Shown here: one piece after another, positions 57,353 to 64,000 of the stretch | Numbering within the stretch: the first letter of the stretch is position 1 | How the letters are laid out: each line of letters opens with the position of its first letter | Assembly (NCBI GenBank): GCA_964016885.1 | Contig: OZ024755.1 | Span: 25,544,001-25,608,000 of the forward strand | Direction: 5' to 3' | DNA length: 64,000 nt | DNA from: Eledone cirrhosa | Lineage: Eukaryota | Program-made: the position numbers and the translations under genes | Notes under the pieces: generated by a model | The model's input: the letters and a program-made list of their open reading frames with translations, nothing else | Told to the model about the DNA's origin: nothing | The model's database searches: none

Positions 57353-58073
57353 AAACAACACCAACAACAGCTGCAACATTTCTGCAAGTTTTCTAATATT
57401 GTCTGCAAATTGCAGTTCATCATGTATTGCCATTAACAACGAAAAACAGCAGCAAAAAGTAGAAAATAAGAACAAAAAAAGGAACAAAATGGCAGCCATG
57501 ACATCAAAATTCGTGTTACTTGTCAGACGATTTGTCAGGAACACAGGCGGGGGAAGGAAGGGAAGAAGACGATCCACACACCAAACAAAAATGAAGAAAA
57601 AAAACATCTAAAAGGCAACAAAGCAAGAGAGAGACCTTGTCTTTCTCAAACCGTCTTTAAAAAGTCATTAAATTTGTGAGAAGTACAAGGGAGTGAAATG
57701 GAGAAAATATAAAAAGATATATAACGACAGTAAAAGGTTATATTCAAAATGTTAAAGCAGACGATCATTCAAAGCAACAGTAAAAAATAGAGAGAAAGAA
57801 AAATGGGTGATGTTTAGATAAGAATGGATGATTAACTCATTATTTTATTCCCTTATTTTCCTTTTTTCACTTTGTTTTTTTTTGTTGTTTTGTTGTTTCT
57901 TTTTGGTTAATTTTATTATTTCTTTATTTACTAAGTAATTTCTTTTTTTTTTTTCTCTAGAATTTATTTAATATTCTAACCGTCATATAGTATATATTAT
58001 ATTTTACATTCATTCACGTATGCGTGATATGTATATATATGTATATGTATATATATATATAAATATATATATA

Positions 58074-58185
<112 letters not shown>

Positions 58186-58494
58186 CATATATATGCATAT
58201 ATATATATGTGTATGTATATATATATGCATGCATATACACATACTACATACAACAACCATACATACACATATACATGTACATATATTGTTTCATTTCTCA
58301 CCACCAATAAAGATTCGGTTTTTAACGCCGAACCAAGACTCTTTGGAATCTAGACATCAACAATATGCATGTATGATTACATGCGTTTGTGTATGAGGGT
58401 GGGGGCAGGTGTACAGGTAAGGTTGTTATTGAATATGTGGATCTGTATGTTTTAAATTATATATGTACATATATTTTTTGGTCTATATATGTGT

Positions 58495-58704
58495 ATATGC
58501 AGTTATTACATTCTAAATTTCTGAAATGTTTTACATATTTTTACAGTTCCATTAATGGACTGTACTTGCAACTGTGGTCTTTCTCGTTCTGTGAAGCCCA
58601 GTTTCTAAGGATTTGTACTGAGGCAGTTACCAACATATCCCAGAGCCCCAATGATTGCAGGTACAAATCTAAAGGTATAAGTCAGTGTGGAATATCTGCA
58701 AATG
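58495..58704 (-). mobile_element. R4/Dong-like LINE 3' end, second subfamily
   Basis: Homologous to about 4075-4285. Confidence 0.7.
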
Positions 58705-60296
58705 TATGTATTTAAGAGCAAAGGAACTCAGAAGAGACAACGCCCATCCAATAAAGAATTGGCGGGGGGGGGGGCAGTCGAGTGAGAGATCCCGAGTCTT
58801 CATTAAGATATCTCTCTAGGAGAAGGTCACTCATATAAAACCTCCGACTTTGTTTGCATTCAATGGCGTAGGCCAGTTATTCTTTTTGGGTAAATGCATT
58901 TATGCTGCACGTTCCACTGAGCTATTTTCTTCGGCCATATTGTTAGTATCCCATAATCGAACGTCTCTACATTTACTCCATATCTATATATATACTCTTC
59001 GTTTCTTATTCATGCAGTGGATTGCAATATATTTTATTTCTAAGATCTAATAATACCGAAATGTAACCATTGTATTTATTAGTTGTCTTTCAACGATTTC
59101 GTGACTCTATTTCAATTAATTAATTGTGAACTTTTTTGCTAAAATCACTAATTATTTCTGTACTAAGATTTAAATTTAAGAAACCAATTAAAATTGTTGT
59201 TGTTTACAACCAGAGCCATATAATCAGAGCCATAGAACCAGAACCGGTTTTGGCAGGCTTGGTATTAAATGCGTTAAGATAAGAACTCTCATTTCTATCA
59301 TCATCATTTTCAAAAAGTATTTCAATTAACCGCTTTTATCACAGTTATCTCCCTTGATTATTGATTTAAAAATTTTAAACACCCTTAGAGGGTTGTCAAC
59401 TAATTGCATGTATAATCTTAGTTAATGGAAGTTTTTTTCTACAGCTCTTTATATTATGTACGTGTAACTCTGCTGTATTCGTATTTACTGTACAGAAAGT
59501 TCCCTTGAGTCACTTTCCCACCGCCATATTGTTGATGTTTCTTCAATAATTACCTCCCCTTTCACGCTTACTTCGCCTTTAGTTATCCTTTCTATCTTAC
59601 ATTCATTTTTCCCTCTTTTTTCAGCTCTTTTTTTTACAATTTTGCATTCTTTCTCTTTTTTCTGCAATCACCAAGATATGTTAACAGTCATGGTGTTTTT
59701 TTTTTCTTATTTTTATTTTGTTTGTTTTTCTTTCTTCTTGTCTTTTTCTTTTATTACTTTTTCTTTTATAATTCTTTACTTTTTCCTGTCCTTTTCCTCG
59801 TCTCATTCTGTTTTTTCATTTTCCATTGGGGGTTCTTTTTTTTCTTTTGTTTTTGTAATAGTTAAAAAGCAGTAGAGAAAGTATTGGCAGAAATTCTAGT
59901 ATGGAATTGGGGCGGAAATTGTGAGGAGTGTAAGATCATCTAAAAGTCTGTATAATATGATCAAATTAGTCATAGTAACAATAACAATATCGAAAATTAG
60001 AAAATTGATGTCAAAACCTGAAAACTACCAATAATTGTTTCTACTTTTGGCACAAGGGCAGCAAACCGTTATCATCATCCCAAAACGGGTGGAGGTCGTT
60101 TGTATCTTGCTAGAAAAAAAACGGGTTTATGGGTTAAAGCAATTTCGATTGTCAATTAAGACAAACACCATACGTACTTAGAACAGACAATCGTATTAAG
60201 ATATGAAGGAGCCAAAAAGTTACACTCTATAACAAAGGGTGCAAAAAAGCCAGAATCTAATGAAGAAAATAAGGAACAAAACAAAACAAAGCAGTC

Positions 60297-60364
<68 letters not shown>

Positions 60365-60441
60365 ATAATAATAAATTTGAAGACTAAAATCCAAAGACGG
60401 CTCGATAAGGATAAATATATATCAAATATATAAATATATAA

Positions 60442-60635
<194 letters not shown>

Positions 60636-60712
60636 GTATAATGGTAGCTATGGTGCTTCCATAGGCGGTATGCCAAAATTAGCACTCAATATTCATACAG
60701 AGCAGAGTGTGA

Positions 60713-60999
60713 ATAGTATAAAAAAACGAAAAATCAGTGATGCATCTGGACTCAGTTTATTGCGTGTTACAATTGTTTCGCCGGCAGGTAGCTCGAGACA
60801 TGATCACTGTATGGATCTGGCTGATTCTACGGCTGCAGGTTCCTTCGAACGAATTGCCTGTGTCCGAAGGAACCTGCAGCCGTAGAATCAGCCAGATCCA
60901 TACAGTGATCATGTCTCGAGCTACCTGCCGGCGAAACAATTGTAACACGCAATAAACTGAGTCCAGATGCATCACTGATTTTTTGCTCTTTTATACTAT
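60713..60999. repeat. Fold-back with about 135-bp arms (60713-60847 / 60865-60999)
   Basis: Inner part (about 115 bp) is perfectly complementary; ends at (TA)n. Confidence 0.9.
60859..60949 (+). ncRNA. Hammerhead-like motif with variant core and a 62-nt stem II
   Basis: TGTGT-CCGAAGG-..GCAG..GTAG..CTAC CTGC..-GAAA-C aatt G-TA-ACACG. Confidence 0.45.
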
Positions 61000-61007
61000 A
61001 TATATAT

Positions 61008-61084
61008 ATACATGACATACCCTGAGATGTTAAATGGTTAAGATTAAATCTTAACCATTTAACATCTCAGGGTATGTCATGTAT
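61008..61084. repeat. Perfect 38-bp fold-back at the 5' end of a family D element
   Basis: Arms 61008-61045 / 61047-61084. Confidence 0.9.
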
Positions 61085-61088
61085 CATT

Positions 61089-61145
61089 ATATTTTGTCTG
61101 ATGAGGACGTACTGTTGTACATCCGAAATATGTATAATAAAATGT
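61089..61145 (+). ncRNA. Type I hammerhead (family D)
   Basis: ATATTTTGT-CTGATGA-GGA c GTAC tgtt GTAC a TCC-GAAA-tatgta-TA-ATAAAATGT. Confidence 0.85.
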
Positions 61146-61183
61146 AATTGATCAAAAGAACATCTATTTTATTAATACTTATA

Positions 61184-61285
<102 letters not shown>

Positions 61286-61344
61286 ACGAAATGGGCACCA
61301 AACCCACTACATGGCAAATACTCCCACCGAGACAGCTATCCTTA

Positions 61345-61720
61345 CCCATAGCTCTGATCTTAAGCCAGAAAGCGAGGTCTATATTATTGTTTCCCAACGT
61401 CAGTGCATTATAAGTGACAGAAATTATAAGTGTCATGCTTTTTTTTATTCGTTCTTTTTTTTTTTTAAATGACATTAGCCCATTGTGTCGTGTACGTCAG
61501 GGAATTTCGGAGACAATATATCACATTATCTCTAGATGTGGCCGATTGGCACCGACTAAGTATTCGCAACGCCATGATAGAACAGCTCAGTAAATGTGCT
61601 GGATGATATACCGCGCATTCAATTTCTTTCATAAAGAGAATTGGTGAGAGCACAAACCTCAAGAAGTTACTCACAACACTGAAATCTCAATTGTCTGGAA
61701 TTTCAGTATTTAAACAGAGA
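61345..61720 (+). pseudogene. R4/Dong (Rex6-like) LINE Zn-knuckle fragment
   Basis: LKPESE..SPLCRVRQGISETIYHIISRCGRLAPTKYSQRHD..CW..ENW.EHKPQEV..IVWNFSI. Confidence 0.75.
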
Positions 61721-62277
61721 TATTATCGTTAACAATTTTATTGAAAAAACGTGTCTGGCAGAACCAACTATATCAATTAATTAAAATAGCCAATTCTGTT
61801 CTGCTCGTGAAACTGCAATAAAGGGAACATTTGTTGATCCTTCTAGCTTAGGTCGCTTAACGAATACTCTACCCCTAGGGTGAGATGGTGGTGAATTTTT
61901 TTGTTTATTTTAAAGTATTTTACTGGGATCTTTTCTTTGGTTAGTCTGTGTTTTATTTAAAATGTATATATATATATATATATGCATGTATTTTATTTAT
62001 GTTCTTACATTTTCTTCGGGGTTCTGTTATGGACACAACTGTATATTGCCGTTTAAAGTCACTTTTAAACTGGTCCTTCTTCAGGCACGTGGACAGGTAT
62101 ACGTGCTCGAAGAAGGCACAGTTTAAAAGTGCTTCTTCCAATATATGGTGGTGGGTTGCACATACATGTTAAGTGTATGAAACTTTGTTTATACTAAATA
62201 AGATCTCTTGCAATAGACTGGGCACTGTTTTCCTTGATCTTTCATCTACGGATTTCTACACGTACACACATACACAT

Positions 62278-62312
<35 letters not shown>

Positions 62313-62314
62313 CA

Positions 62315-62372
<58 letters not shown>

Positions 62373-62470
62373 CAGAGCGAGACAAAGAGCGGGCGTGGGT
62401 GGAATTGAGAGGGTAAAATAAAATAACTAGCTTGCTGTTTGTCTGTGACTTCATGTGTGTGCCTGATTGC

Positions 62471-62533
<63 letters not shown>

Positions 62534-62550
62534 CATATATATACATAAAC

Positions 62551-62601
<51 letters not shown>

Positions 62602-62618
62602 CATATATATACATAAAC

Positions 62619-62681
<63 letters not shown>

Positions 62682-62704
62682 CATACATATATATATACAT
62701 AAAC

Positions 62705-62757
<53 letters not shown>

Positions 62758-62778
62758 CATACATATATATACATAAAC

Positions 62779-62809
<31 letters not shown>

Positions 62810-62929
62810 TGGGTGTGTATGTAAGTAATAATATGTATGTACATCTGTTTGTGTAACCGTTGCAGGAATTCACCGTCATGTGCCGTTTAAATTATTAGGC
62901 AGTTTTGTTTATTTAGTGTAGAAAACTAA

Positions 62930-63421
62930 GCAAACCCCCACCACCACCATTATCACTGCTACCGCCAACACCACCACCGCCGCCGCCGCCACCAACACCA
63001 CCACTATCACTGTTACCGCCACCACCACCAACACCACCACCGCCGCTGCCAACACCACCACTACCACTGCTACCTCCACCACCACCGCCGCCACCACCAC
63101 CGCAACTATCATTGCTACCTCCACCACCACCACCACCGCCGCCGCCAACACCAACACTACCACTGCTACCTCCACCACCACCACCACCACCACCACCACC
63201 GCCGCCACCACCACCAGCACTATCACTGCTACCGCCGTCTTTTATTCCACTTATCACACACAGCCACTTAGTTTGTGGACCGCCACTCCAACCATGGGCA
63301 ACCACACAGAACAGTGTTCTTCAAATAGATTTAATGACATGCGGGATGTGGGGTGGGGCAGATATGAGGGGGGGTGGGGTGACGAAGATACACCAAATAA
63401 GCAATTATAAATATAAATAAC

Positions 63422-63480
<59 letters not shown>

Positions 63481-63483
63481 CAC

Positions 63484-63518
<35 letters not shown>

Positions 63519-63630
63519 ATAGTAGCAGTAGTAACAGTAGCAGTGGTAGTACTAGTTATAGTAGTAGTAGTAGTAGTAGTAGCAGTAGTAACAGTAGGAG
63601 CAGCAGTAGTAGCAGTGGTAGTACTAGTTA

Positions 63631-63666
<36 letters not shown>

Positions 63667-63693
63667 CAGCAATACTAGTAGTAGTACTAGTTA

Positions 63694-63747
<54 letters not shown>

Positions 63748-63798
63748 CAGTAGTAACAGTAGCAGCAGCAGTAGTAGCAGTGGTAGTACTAGTTATAA

Positions 63799-63846
<48 letters not shown>

Positions 63847-63890
63847 CAGTAGTAGCAATACTAGTAGTAGTACTAGTTATAGTAGTAGTA
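62930..63890. repeat. Degenerate (CAC/CGC)n (62930-63240) and (GTA)n (63420-63890)
   Basis: Directly visible. Confidence 0.9.
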
Positions 63891-64000
63891 GTACAGAGAG
63901 CTGAATGCTGAGGGCTAACTGAGGAACCCCTCGGAACCACAATCCCCTTAACCCTCACGGAGGGACGCCGTCACCCAACTGTCGTTGTCCCACTTAAAGG

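Noticed and set aside
60737-60975. Twin 72-aa ORFs on opposite strands
   Set aside because: A consequence of the palindrome

Overview
AT-rich, repeat-saturated eukaryotic DNA with no convincing host exon. The SINE types and (TA)n/(TG)n/(TATG)n/(GTA)n density suggest an octopus or other coleoid intron or intergenic region; this is inferred from recall, not from a search. Most entries in the ORF track are microsatellite translations. Recognisable fossils include R4/Dong-like and CRE-like restriction-like-endonuclease LINEs, RTE and L1/Tx1 LINEs, a Charlie/Buster hAT transposase, a non-autonomous Helitron, tRNA-type SINEs and a 24-bp minisatellite. The main signal is a dense set of short non-coding elements inserted in (TA)n arrays. 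By eye they carry about 18 type I hammerhead ribozyme (HHR) motifs with intact CUGAnGA/GAAA/UH cores plus about 6 variant or degenerate ones, from roughly 10 sequence families. They often form fold-back palindromes or partial tandem repeats, as Penelope-like element (PLE) pseudo-LTRs do. Many 5' ends and fold-back points fall within a few nt of the ribozyme's 5' edge. Several unrelated families share an RYATYGAGYAC motif about 40-55 nt before the 3' junction. All folds and alignments were done by eye, and fossil boundaries are approximate.
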